Part shown: piece by piece, positions 26,448 through 35,225 of the stretch | How the letters are laid out: every line of letters starts with the position of its first letter | How positions within the stretch are numbered: position 1 is the stretch's first letter | IMG/VR virus record: IMGVR_UViG_3300032893_000062 | Coordinates: 1 to 53,979 of that record | Direction: 5' to 3' (one strand) | Source: a virus | Taxonomy: Duplodnaviria > Caudoviricetes | Length of the DNA: 53,979 nt | Translations under genes and position numbers: made by a program | The notes under the pieces: model-generated | Database searches by the model: none | What the model was told of the DNA's origin: nothing | The model's input: the letters and a program-made list of their open reading frames with translations, nothing else

Positions 26448-28239
26448 CGCTTTTCCTCCCTCGTACTGAGTTCAGAAGTCCTTCGAGTCCGCCAGGCGCA
26501 CCGTCGGCGACCTGCTTGCTCGATGAGAGAAGCGCCGTCAACGACGACGCTGAATCGACAACCGAGTCCCCCGCTTTCGGGGGTTCTTTCTTTTCCTCCG
26601 CCGGCTTCTCAGGAGCGGGCGCGGCCGCCGGAGCGGGCTGCGCGTCTGCTTTTGCGGGCGCCGGAGGCTGCGCTGGGGCAGGTGCCCCGGGACCGCTCGA
26701 CGCCGGGGCAGGAGCCGCTGCGGGGGCCGCTGTTCCCTGTCCCGATGTCGAGTCCATGAACTGCTTGATGGCCGCCGTTACCGCATCGGCAAGTACCTCG
26801 GCGGGTGTCTTCTGCGGGGCCGCTGCCGCTGGCGCCGCAGGCGCTGCTGGGGCAGGAACGGGTCCGCTCCCCACAGGTTCGGACGGAGGATCCCCAGGAG
26901 CTTCTCCTGCGGGAAGAGTCGTGCTCATCGGAGTCGCTCCAGGGACCGCAGCGGGCGGCTCGTCGGGGTCGGGTTCGTCAGTGACACCCTTGATCGGCGA
27001 TTCAGTCTTCTTGACCTCTTCGGCCTTGACCTCGGGGACCGCGTCGGCTTTCACCGCAGCGGGCTCTGCGGTCGGGATCGTGGGAATCTCCGCAGACCCC
27101 TTCGCAGGAATCAGGATGCCTTTCGGGTCGATCCCCGCATGTTCCTCGGGCGTCTTGTCAGCGACCTTCTTGTGGCCTGTCCCGTCGCACATGTCGCACG
27201 GTTTCCCGTCCTTCATGCCGGTTCCGTGGCAATCCGAACAATCTTCGGAGGCATCCTTCGCCTTCCCCCGCAGACCCAACAGATCGGAAAGCTTCATCCC
27301 GTCCTCCTTCGAGTCTCCAAATGCCATCACCGCTTGACTGATTGACTCCCTGTCAAGCTTGTCGAACAGAGCGCACGCAAGCTGAATCGCCGACCGGACC
27401 ACCTCGTCCGGGTATTCCTTCATCAGTTTCAAGTCGTCGAGGTAACTCATCAGTAGAGACTTTTCGTCACCATAGGGAAGATCGATCACGAGAGAGCGGA
27501 GCTGCTCGACTCGGTTCTCGATCTCCATCTCGGACATCGTCTGCCGCTGAGATGCCAACGTGTCGAGCCCCGACCAGAATCCCATCGCTTGAGATGCAGA
27601 TTCGTCTTTCGCTTGATCCTTGATCAGCGAGCGACGTTTCACCGCCCACCAGAGACCGGAGGCAATCTTCTTCGCGTTCGTCTGCAACTTGGCGACGGCA
27701 TCCGTGATCGCCGACCACTTCCCGCCACGCCCTCGATTGACAAGCGCCAAATGGTTGGTATGCGTGACCTCGGTCATGATCGCATCGTATGTCTGCCCGC
27801 GGTGCTTGCCCTTTTTCCAAATGAAGTTCGCGCTGTAGCCCGGGGACAGCTCGATCACGTCCTTGTCGTAGGCTTCGATCCCGACCGAGTCCGCCAGCAC
27901 GACCTGACCATTGACGCTGACTTCTCCGATTTCTTTCAGGTACTCAATGTCCGCCGTGTCGGATGTCCAGCCGATTGCTTCTGACTTCCAACTTTCCGGA
28001 TCGATCCATCCTTCAGGATGCTCACGGGAAACGGTCATCTTCGTGAACATGCCTTTCTGAACAGCATCGACCAAAACGGGAGCAGGCCGATAGACTACGT
28101 AGGAGTCCTTCGTTCCTATTTCGGGAGGAGGTGGCCAGGAAAGGCCGAGGTTCGGGATTTCATTCGCGCCGTAAACGTAACAACCAGAATGCGCAAATCG
28201 CCCTTGTTTGACCAATTTCTCGATTACTGCTGTAGGCAC
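26437..28239 (-). CDS. DUF2213-like prohead protease/scaffold
   Basis: AHSGCYVY, VYRP, EHP, ELSPGY, NHLALVNRGRGG; Pro/Ala-rich C-terminal linker and a Zn-finger insert. Confidence 0.85.
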   Translation of the reverse strand: MPTAVIEKLVKQGRFAHSGCYVYGANEIPNLGLSWPPPPEIGTKDSYVVYRPAPVLVDAVQKGMFTKMTVSREHPEGWIDPESWKSEAIGWTSDTADIEYLKEIGEVSVNGQVVLADSVGIEAYDKDVIELSPGYSANFIWKKGKHRGQTYDAIMTEVTHTNHLALVNRGRGGKWSAITDAVAKLQTNAKKIASGLWWAVKRRSLIKDQAKDESASQAMGFWSGLDTLASQRQTMSEMEIENRVEQLRSLVIDLPYGDEKSLLMSYLDDLKLMKEYPDEVVRSAIQLACALFDKLDRESISQAVMAFGDSKEDGMKLSDLLGLRGKAKDASEDCSDCHGTGMKDGKPCDMCDGTGHKKVADKTPEEHAGIDPKGILIPAKGSAEIPTIPTAEPAAVKADAVPEVKAEEVKKTESPIKGVTDEPDPDEPPAAVPGATPMSTTLPAGEAPGDPPSEPVGSGPVPAPAAPAAPAAAAPQKTPAEVLADAVTAAIKQFMDSTSGQGTAAPAAAPAPASSGPGAPAPAQPPAPAKADAQPAPAAAPAPEKPAEEKKEPPKAGDSVVDSASSLTALLSSSKQVADGAPGGLEGLLNSVRGRKSDAK

Positions 28240-28301
28240 ACATCATTTTTACTACTTCCAGATATGATTCGACGGCTTATTTCGTAAAACATCGTAAAAC
28301 G

Positions 28302-28325
28302 AAAAGCCCTCTTTTCAGAGGGCTT
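28302..28325 (-). terminator. Intrinsic terminator ending the array transcript
   Basis: AAGCCCTCT-tttc-AGAGGGCTT stem, followed on minus by a U-rich tract. Confidence 0.8.
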
Positions 28326-28970
28326 CGCTTACACGTCCTGGTTTTTCTCTTTTATCCTGGCTCGCTCCCCGCGAATGGATTTCTCCTTCACTTTGGCTCA
28401 CTCCGCGTCTCTGGATGACTTGACGCCTTTGGCTCGCTCCTCACTAATGGGTGTCTCCGTACCGATGGCCCGCTCTAGCAGATTGGGTTTCTCCCTTTGT
28501 TTGGCTCGCTCTCGTTCCATGGTTTCCTCGGGCGGAGTGGCTCGCTCTTCTGCTGGGATTCTTTACATCCTGGCCGCTTTTCCCCCTTGGGTTTCTCGCG
28601 ATGATCGGCTCGCTCCTTCAAACTGGGTTTCTCCCGCAGGTCTGGCTCGCTCAGGCCGCATGGTTTCCTCGTTTCGGATGGCTCGCTCGCCTTCAATGGT
28701 TTTCTCCCCTGGCAAGGCTCGCTCTTCTACTGGGATTCTTTACCTCCTGGCCGCTTTTACGCGAGTGGGTTTCTCTTGTGATATGGCTCGCTTTTCTCCT
28801 ATGGGTTTCTTGAGGGGGATGGCTCGCTCACCCTCGGTGGATTTCTCCATGCGCTTGGCTCGCTTTCGTTCCCTAATTTCATCTTCCCATATGGCTCGCT
28901 TGGCCTCAATGGTTTCCTCTGCCACAATGGCTCGCTCTCAAGCATTGGATTTATCAACAAGAATGGCATT
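28321..28970 (-). ncRNA. TIGR-like tandem interspaced guide-RNA array, about 18 units
   Basis: On plus, TGGCTCGCTC-type repeats start at 28358, 28394, 28430, 28466, 28502, 28538, 28571, 28606, 28643, 28679, 28715, 28748, 28784, 28820, 28856, 28892 and 28928. Each alternates with a TGGGTTTCTC-type repeat, with unique 8-9 nt segments between. Starts right after the Nop-domain gene stop. Confidence 0.9.
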
Positions 28971-28974
28971 CATT

Positions 28975-29754
28975 TCATGCGCTGTGTTTGTGTCCGAGCT
29001 TCGCTTCCTGATAGCTCGGCGTCACCGGCAACCCCTCGATCTCACGCCATGCCATCCAGAACTCCAAGAGAAACATCTTCATCATGTACCGGATGGCAGC
29101 GAAGTGCCGGTGTTTGTCGCTCTCGGTCTTCCAGCCCTCCTCATTGTCGAGGCGCCCCGTCAATCCCTGCTTCTGTTTTTCCTTCCCCATGTGCAACGGG
29201 TAATAGAACCGTAGAGCGTACGATGACTGACTCTTGATGAAAGAAGATCCGAGAACTCCAAGAAGCTTCGTCTTCAGCCAAGCGTTGTACGGGCATCGGA
29301 ATCCAGGAGTCTTCTTGTCCCCTCTGATCTTCGTCTCGCTGATCTTCCACTTTGGTCGTCCCTCGGCGTCCTTTCCATCAGACACCCAGCCGAAAACTTC
29401 TCCAGGATTCAGACCGCAATACTGCCACCACTTCGACACGTTCGGCTTTTCGATGTCGAGACTTGAAATCAGAACAGCACCCATGAGTTCGCCGACTCCC
29501 TTGACGTTCTGAAGCCAATCGATCCAGATGGGGTACTTCTTCAGCTCGGTCTTGATCATCTTCAAGGTTTCGTCGAGCTCTTTGTCGAGATTCCCCTGCA
29601 TGGTCCCGAGGTATGTTATCCCCTCCTCATCGGTCTCCATGCGGATTCTCGCTTCAGGGTCTTTGGGTGCAGCGGCAGCAAGCCTTTGATCGAATGAGAT
29701 TCGTGCCCGCTGAACATCGTAGTAGCACTGGACAAGCATCTTCAGCTTACTCAC
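28975..29754 (-). CDS. TasA-like protein: IS110 C-terminal/Nop RNA-binding domain, no nuclease domain
   Basis: Coiled coil, then WLQNVKGVGELMGAVLI, SKWWQYCGL, PYNAWLKTKL and HRHFAAIRYMMKMFL..FW..WR..EGLP. No N-terminal DEDD/RuvC or HNH. Array lies immediately downstream. Confidence 0.85.
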   Translation of the reverse strand: MSKLKMLVQCYYDVQRARISFDQRLAAAAPKDPEARIRMETDEEGITYLGTMQGNLDKELDETLKMIKTELKKYPIWIDWLQNVKGVGELMGAVLISSLDIEKPNVSKWWQYCGLNPGEVFGWVSDGKDAEGRPKWKISETKIRGDKKTPGFRCPYNAWLKTKLLGVLGSSFIKSQSSYALRFYYPLHMGKEKQKQGLTGRLDNEEGWKTESDKHRHFAAIRYMMKMFLLEFWMAWREIEGLPVTPSYQEAKLGHKHSA

Positions 29755-30415
29755 GGATCACCTCCTGGAGAACGTCGATCACTTCCGAGATGAGCGCCTC
29801 CATCTTCTCATCCACGGTGATGCTGTCGGACTCGAACGCAGCGATGATCTGCCTAAGATGAAACTCTATCGGCATACCGCTCATCGGTCCTTTTACGAAC
29901 TCAGCCTGCTCCTTGGTGATCGTTTCCTGGCTTGCCAGTTTCGGGTTGTTCGCCTTGACCGCCACAATCTCCGATGTTCCCTTGACTCTCTTCAGGCGAG
30001 AGCTGAGATCATCGTATCTGTTGCGGGAAATGCAGAGAACCTCGCAGATGTGATCGGCTGCGAATCTCTGATCAAGCATCATGTTGATGCTTCTCGCCAT
30101 GTCCCATGCAGTGAGTCGAAGCCCTTGGCGAGCATTCACTCGGATGGCGTCTTCGACCATTTCTTTACGGCTGGCATACGATTTCAGCTCAGCCTGAATC
30201 TTTCCGTCTTCTCCGTAAACAGCCTTGTTCGCCAAAAGACGGTGCATCCCATCGACCAAGACTTTGGTCTTGGCATTGATCAAGATCGGCGGAATCCCTT
30301 CGCCACCAGCGAGAAGAGCTTCCTTGATTGAAGAAACGTTCCCTGAAGAAATCTTGTGCCGAGGATACAAGGTCTCATCGACAAGTATCTCGGCCGTTTT
30401 GATAGATTCGGCCAC
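29747..30415 (-). CDS. ParB/Srx N-terminal domain protein
   Basis: LYPR...IPPILI...LVDGMHRLLA...AIRVNARQG, then HTH-like ADHICEVLCISR; 8-nt overlap with the Tas-like gene. Confidence 0.85.
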   Translation of the reverse strand: MAESIKTAEILVDETLYPRHKISSGNVSSIKEALLAGGEGIPPILINAKTKVLVDGMHRLLANKAVYGEDGKIQAELKSYASRKEMVEDAIRVNARQGLRLTAWDMARSINMMLDQRFAADHICEVLCISRNRYDDLSSRLKRVKGTSEIVAVKANNPKLASQETITKEQAEFVKGPMSGMPIEFHLRQIIAAFESDSITVDEKMEALISEVIDVLQEVIRE

Positions 30416-30471
30416 GGCTGGGCCTCCAAAACAGAAAGGTTGGATCGAACGGGCAACGCCACGTTAAAAAG

Positions 30472-30500
30472 ACAGTATCACGTTTCCGAAAGTCTGTCTA
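30472..30500 (-). promoter_or_regulatory. Promoter of the parB-tas-array cassette
   Basis: TAGACA-17 nt-TACTGT with extended TG. Confidence 0.65.
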
Positions 30501-30634
30501 CGTTTTTTTCAGGGCATCGACGATCATTTCCGACACGGACCGGCCGCTCTTTTCGGCCTTCTTTTCAATTGCTTTCTTCTCCTTCTCGGAGACGCGGACG
30601 GCGATGATGACGTTTTTCTTCTCCTTCGTGTGCC

Positions 30635-31264
30635 TCATCGCGCAATCTCCCGAATGAGCCGTTCCCAGTTTTTCAGCCAGTCCGCGGGCTGTTTCCCCCA
30701 GGTCCAGCCTTCAGTCTCCAGCACGTGCCGTGCTTCGTCCTCCCACGGGTTGCCCCATGTGTCATGCGCGTCGTCGTAGCTTAGGCCGACGACCCGCATC
30801 CCCTTGAAACCCTCCGCACACTCGTGGACGCAGGTCGAGAGAAAATCCACGGGGTCCAGAAGGTTGTGCAGGCATACTTCATCGCTCAGGCACCACGCCG
30901 TCGCGTGGTATCGGGGCTCACGGGCGGCGTATCCGTTCATGCCCATTACGAACTCCATGCACCCCTGCCCGCCGTCGGTTACGCGCTTCCGCACGTTGCG
31001 ACCGTTCACCGTGAAGACCTGGACGATCTCCCCGAGGAAGTTCACCGTCCCCACGTAGCGCTTGTCCAGGGATTGAGAGGTGTTGCTCTCGGCGGAGCGG
31101 ATTGCGTTGATCTGCTCTTCAGTGAGCGAATCGCCGATGTATCCCTTCAAGGCTACCTCCAACGGTTCCCCGCGCATGAGCCTTCGAGATACATCCTCGA
31201 CGAATCGCTCGGACAGTTCCATCAGTCTGCATACATCCCCGACGAATCGCTCGGACAGTTCCAT
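30635..31264 (-). CDS. Putative metal-binding protein with HExxE motif
   Basis: CVHECAEG...YDDAH; duplicated N-terminus. Confidence 0.55.
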   Translation of the reverse strand: MELSERFVGDVCRLMELSERFVEDVSRRLMRGEPLEVALKGYIGDSLTEEQINAIRSAESNTSQSLDKRYVGTVNFLGEIVQVFTVNGRNVRKRVTDGGQGCMEFVMGMNGYAAREPRYHATAWCLSDEVCLHNLLDPVDFLSTCVHECAEGFKGMRVVGLSYDDAHDTWGNPWEDEARHVLETEGWTWGKQPADWLKNWERLIREIAR

Positions 31265-31271
31265 CAGTCTG
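31189..31271. repeat. 42-bp-period tandem duplication
   Basis: 31189-31229 matches 31231-31271 with one mismatch. Confidence 0.95.
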
Positions 31272-31692
31272 AAGGCTCCTTGTCCTTTATCGGAGGTTGT
31301 GGGACGATCAGGAATTTGAAGATCCCCGCCATCAGCAACGGTTCCCCTGCGATCGGCGAGTTGTAATAAGCCTTCACCGAGACGATCCGAACGAGGTCAT
31401 CTTGAAACCCGCTCGAATCAAGGTCCTCCCTCTCTGTGTCGTCGTCGTCGAGGACAATCATGATCGTCGACCCCGACCCCGCATACGCCACGTTCTTTCT
31501 GCCGTTGACTATCGTCCCGTCGTCATACGACAGCGACCAGGTGATCCCACTCCCTAGCGTCGCCGACCCGTTCTCGTCGAAAAACCCGACGTTCAAGATG
31601 AAAGCGGACTCTTCTTCGACGGAGGTCGCCAAGGGCTGAGCTGGCATGTACTGCGGGGTCACTCCGTTGAAAGTCATGTAAGGTTGCGACAT
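31264..31692 (-). CDS. Hypothetical beta-rich protein, possibly virion-associated
   Basis: AAAGG RBS; coupled to neighbours. Confidence 0.5.
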   Translation of the reverse strand: MSQPYMTFNGVTPQYMPAQPLATSVEEESAFILNVGFFDENGSATLGSGITWSLSYDDGTIVNGRKNVAYAGSGSTIMIVLDDDDTEREDLDSSGFQDDLVRIVSVKAYYNSPIAGEPLLMAGIFKFLIVPQPPIKDKEPSD

Positions 31693-31693
31693 A

Positions 31694-31909
31694 TCACATC
31701 CCTTTCGGACAGTTCTGCAAGAGGTACGTGATCGCCCCCGCCATCGAAAGGGGGTAATCGCGGACCTTCGGCAAGTCCCTCCTGGCCCAGTTGATCGCAT
31801 GAAACAGCGATTCGGGGATCTCCACCGTCATGGTTCGGTGAAGGTGCGCTTCCCTCTGACCGTGGTACTGTTTCCTCGGCCGAGCGGGGCCGAAGTTCCA
31901 AGCAACCAT
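31694..31909 (-). CDS. Small protein, possibly ribbon-helix-helix
   Basis: RTMTVEIPESLFHAI...SMAGAITYLL; AAGGAGGG RBS. Confidence 0.45.
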   Translation of the reverse strand: MVAWNFGPARPRKQYHGQREAHLHRTMTVEIPESLFHAINWARRDLPKVRDYPLSMAGAITYLLQNCPKGM

Positions 31910-32682
31910 CACGCCACCCTCCTTCTCTCTTGCGCTGCAGTCAAGCTCCACAGCGGAGCGTATCCACAGCGGCAATTGTACGAGTTGTACTCGGGGTCCG
32001 CCAGAAGCTCCTGCATCGTGTAGATTCGGTGGTTCCGCTCCCTATGCGTCTCCCGGACTCGTCCGTCATTCGAAGTCAGCCATTCGAAGTATTGGACGTC
32101 CGCCTGTTGATACCCTGCGAGCGTTACCGAGCGGTTGAACTTCGCGAATTGGTCCCGGGCGAAGAACTTCGCCCTCCGAGCGCTCGTCTCCTCCATGCGG
32201 TCGACGATCTCCGCGACGTCCAGCTCCCCGCCGGTCTGCGCCCAATCCGTGAGTTTCCCCAAAAACGCCTTCTTCAGGTCGTCCTCTTCTCCCTGCCATC
32301 GCTCCACGGCGTCGTCAAGGTAAAGCTCTCGGAGGTAGCGCATCTTCTGGGAGAAAACCTCCTGGGCCGGCAGCGCCATCAACCTCTCCGCCACCGGCCC
32401 TCCGCGACCGATCAAGTCCTCGATGTTCCGTTTCGCCTCCGCCACTAGTTGCGCGTTCAGGCGGGTCCGCAGCCGTTCTACGTCCACGCCTCGCTCGCCG
32501 ACGAGGTCCTGGAGCTTGTGCAGAACGGACAGCGGCCCTCCCGCTGCGGCCACCCGCAGATTTCCGAACAACTTGTCGTATTCGGCCTTCAGGGTTCGGG
32601 CCATCAGGTCCTCTCGCTTCAGCGAGGGTTGGGGAATCTTCTTCTTTCGAAAAAGCTCGCGGCCTTTCAACAAAATATCCAC
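31909..32682 (-). CDS. Phage head morphogenesis protein (SPP1 gp7 / Mu F-like)
   Basis: RAKFFARDQ...YFEWLTSNDGRVRETH...YNCRC. Confidence 0.9.
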   Translation of the reverse strand: MDILLKGRELFRKKKIPQPSLKREDLMARTLKAEYDKLFGNLRVAAAGGPLSVLHKLQDLVGERGVDVERLRTRLNAQLVAEAKRNIEDLIGRGGPVAERLMALPAQEVFSQKMRYLRELYLDDAVERWQGEEDDLKKAFLGKLTDWAQTGGELDVAEIVDRMEETSARRAKFFARDQFAKFNRSVTLAGYQQADVQYFEWLTSNDGRVRETHRERNHRIYTMQELLADPEYNSYNCRCGYAPLWSLTAAQERRRVA

Positions 32683-32984
32683 CGCCCGGGTTTAGAAACG
32701 CCGAAGGATTCCCCAAGAGGAATCCAGATGTCGTCAAGGATGGATTCTGCAAGAGACAGACTGTCGATCTGTTCCTGCATCCATCTTCCAAACTCACATT
32801 CTCTTGATTGAGATCCGTCTTTCACCGGATTTGGTGGAGACGGGTCCATCAGAACTACAGACAATCGCCTGCGAAGATTCCCAGCCTTGATCTTCAGCCT
32901 CTCGGTGAGTTCCGACATCAAACTCATGAGAGACTCGATCTCCGGTTGCCTTTCGGGAACCGCTCTTGCCATTCCTGACTCCAT
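32667..32984 (-). CDS. Hypothetical protein
   Basis: AAGGAGAG RBS; operon packing. Confidence 0.5.
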   Translation of the reverse strand: MESGMARAVPERQPEIESLMSLMSELTERLKIKAGNLRRRLSVVLMDPSPPNPVKDGSQSRECEFGRWMQEQIDSLSLAESILDDIWIPLGESFGVSKPGRWIFC

Positions 32985-33016
32985 AGTTCTCTCCTTCGCG
33001 TTTTAAGGCCGCCGCC

Positions 33017-33241
33017 TTATGATTCCATCGCATCTTCGATCGCCTGCATGTCGGCGTGCGAAACGACCAGAGGGATCACCACGTTCCCGCGATATTGCAC
33101 GGCGACGTAGTTCCCCGCTGCAGTGGTGAAGTCTTCGAACGACTGCGTCGGATCTGCGGCGACGGAGGCCGTTTTCTTCCCCTTCGTCTTCGGTTGCGGC
33201 TTCAAGCTGGCGACGGCATCTCGAACGTCCATCTCTCTCAC
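33017..33241 (-). CDS. Hypothetical protein
   Basis: GTGA overlap with the upstream gene. Confidence 0.5.
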   Translation of the reverse strand: MREMDVRDAVASLKPQPKTKGKKTASVAADPTQSFEDFTTAAGNYVAVQYRGNVVIPLVVSHADMQAIEDAMES

Positions 33242-34509
33242 CTCATCAGCATTAGCAGTTCTACGAGTTCTTCTTCCGCCATATCGAACGAGGGGGCCTT
33301 CGCGAGTTCCCCGAGCAAGTTCCTGTCGAACACGGGGACGCTCTTTTTCTTCAGCCAGCGCTTGTAGTTCTCGTACGTCGGCCAGTACGGGACGCCTCCG
33401 CCTGGGGGTTCTACGGCTGGCTTGACGTTGCTCGCCGCCAATGTAGCCGATTCTCCGACGAGTATCAGCGCAGTCATTTGGGCCGTCATCGAATAAGCGA
33501 TTGGCGCCGTTTTGGTTAGCGTCGCCGACTCCGCCGTCAACGTCAGGCTTGTTTCGGCAGCGCTCATCGTCAGAGCACGGATCGTCGTCGCGGTCTTGGC
33601 TTCCAAAGTGAGGTTGGTTTTCGCAGCCGTCAATCCGAGCGCCTTGACAGTGGTCGCCGTCTTGGCCGCGAGAGTCAAGGAAGTCATGCCGGCCGTCAAC
33701 GTGTGCCCCTTCGCCATCGTCGCCGACTCGGCCACCAGCGAAAGTGTCCCCATGGAAGCAGTCATGGCGTAAGGTATGGGAGTATGAACGTAAGTCAGCG
33801 TCGCGGATTCGGCCGTCAGCGTCAGAGAAGTCTCGGCAGCAGAAAGAGTATAGACAGCATTGTAGGTTATGATGACTTGACCGTTGGCGCCGTTTCCGCC
33901 CTGCTTCGTCGTCAGGTTACCATAACCCGCTCCGCCTCCACCTCCCCCAGGGGCCACGCCAACGTTTCCGACTTGGTTGACGCCGATTCCACCAGTGCCG
34001 CCAGATCCCCCGCCCCCCGAACCTGTTGCCCCAGCGTTTCCCGTGGCGTTGGCTCCGTTGGCAGCATTGCCACCTGCCGCACCTCCACCGCCGCCATTCC
34101 CGCCATTGTTATTGTTGCCGTGACCTCCAGTGTAGGTGACGTTGCCCGTTCCAATTCCTGCGCCTGCACCGTTTTGCGCGGTGTTCGCGCCGTGGATGCC
34201 GAACAGGGCCATGACTTGGTTGTTGTTGAAATCGGTGAAAGTCCCGTTGGACCCGTTGTTGTTGTTGACTCCGCCCGCTCCGCCCGCTCCGACGTTCCCC
34301 GTAAGATTGGTGCCGGGGACAAGGCCCGTGACATTCGAGCGAGAATAACCTCCACCTCCGCCTCCCGATGATCCGTGAAGCGTGTTGTTGTTGTTGTTCG
34401 ATCCGCCACCACCGCCGCCGCCCCAGACCTCCACCTGCGCCGCTGTAACGTTCGCAGGCACGACCCAGCCGTAGACGCCTTTGGTAGTGAAAGTTGCGGT
34501 TGACATCAC
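33238..34509 (-). CDS. Glycine-rich-domain virion protein with Thr/Ala repeats
   Basis: VEVWGGGGGGG...GQVIITY domain followed by repeated L.LTAESATL units. Confidence 0.7.
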   Translation of the reverse strand: MMSTATFTTKGVYGWVVPANVTAAQVEVWGGGGGGGSNNNNNTLHGSSGGGGGGYSRSNVTGLVPGTNLTGNVGAGGAGGVNNNNGSNGTFTDFNNNQVMALFGIHGANTAQNGAGAGIGTGNVTYTGGHGNNNNGGNGGGGGAAGGNAANGANATGNAGATGSGGGGSGGTGGIGVNQVGNVGVAPGGGGGGAGYGNLTTKQGGNGANGQVIITYNAVYTLSAAETSLTLTAESATLTYVHTPIPYAMTASMGTLSLVAESATMAKGHTLTAGMTSLTLAAKTATTVKALGLTAAKTNLTLEAKTATTIRALTMSAAETSLTLTAESATLTKTAPIAYSMTAQMTALILVGESATLAASNVKPAVEPPGGGVPYWPTYENYKRWLKKKSVPVFDRNLLGELAKAPSFDMAEEELVELLMLMR

Positions 34510-35225
34510 TTCATCCGATCATGGAACCATTCCCAGCCCTTCATCAAAACCGGGTGCGGGACGCGCTCGCGCCATAGAACTTCTTTCATCTGACGAACTT
34601 TCTCCTCAATAGGGATGGTGTAGGCGTGCCAAAAAAACGAGCCCTTGTCGAATCCGAGCTTAGGGAGAAGCTCCATGAAACAAACATGCTTGTAGCCGTG
34701 TCGGGCCAAGTTGCGCGACATGATGAAATCGTCGGTAAGATGTTCAGCCGTGATCCCGAAGTGCGCCTCTCCCAGAGACGGCGTGCAGCGCTCGATGATC
34801 TCCTTCATCGGCATGTCGGGAGGGTCCCAGAGGCCGAAGCATTTGCGTGGGGCCACGGTCAGCCATCCGCAAGTTCCGATGTTGCGCCCGTCCTTCACCT
34901 GCACCTCATCGTAGCGGTGGCGCATGTTGGCGAAATCCTGTCCGTTGTGTGCGCAGGTCTCGTCATCAAGGAAGCACGTCACGTCGATGCACTCTGGATT
35001 GACAAACGTGTCGGCGTCGAAAAATATCACCCAGTCGGCGTCTTCCGCGAGCTCCCTGATCTGCAACTTCTCGCAGACCACCGGCCATTCTGGCCATTTG
35101 CGCTCGGTGATCACGCGAAACTCCGCTCCGATCTTTCGTGCATAGTAGCGGAAGAGAGGGAATGTGATCTCCGTGATCTCCGGAGAATAGCCGTTGACGT
35201 TCAGGGTGAAGATGACCTTTTTCAC
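34506..35225 (-). CDS. GT-A fold glycosyltransferase-like protein
   Basis: YARKIGAEF...EKLQI...VIFFDAD (DxD). Confidence 0.65.
   Translation of the reverse strand: MKKVIFTLNVNGYSPEITEITFPLFRYYARKIGAEFRVITERKWPEWPVVCEKLQIRELAEDADWVIFFDADTFVNPECIDVTCFLDDETCAHNGQDFANMRHRYDEVQVKDGRNIGTCGWLTVAPRKCFGLWDPPDMPMKEIIERCTPSLGEAHFGITAEHLTDDFIMSRNLARHGYKHVCFMELLPKLGFDKGSFFWHAYTIPIEEKVRQMKEVLWRERVPHPVLMKGWEWFHDRMK

Noticed and set aside
28321-28970. CRISPR array
   Set aside because: Two alternating repeats of about 10 nt with 8-9 nt spacers and no cas genes do not fit CRISPR geometry.
28321-28970. Full self-targets of the guides in this genome
   Set aside because: None found by eye for the units I tried. 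An exhaustive computational search is still needed.
28375-29214. 279-aa plus-strand ORF with 12-aa MARS periodicity, and other ORFs over the array
   Set aside because: By-product of the 36-nt period. It is antisense to the cassette, and conservation is at DNA repeat level.
28975-29754. IS110 transposase or active insertion sequence
   Set aside because: Lacks the N-terminal DEDD RuvC domain and an obvious catalytic-serine motif. Its context is a guide array.
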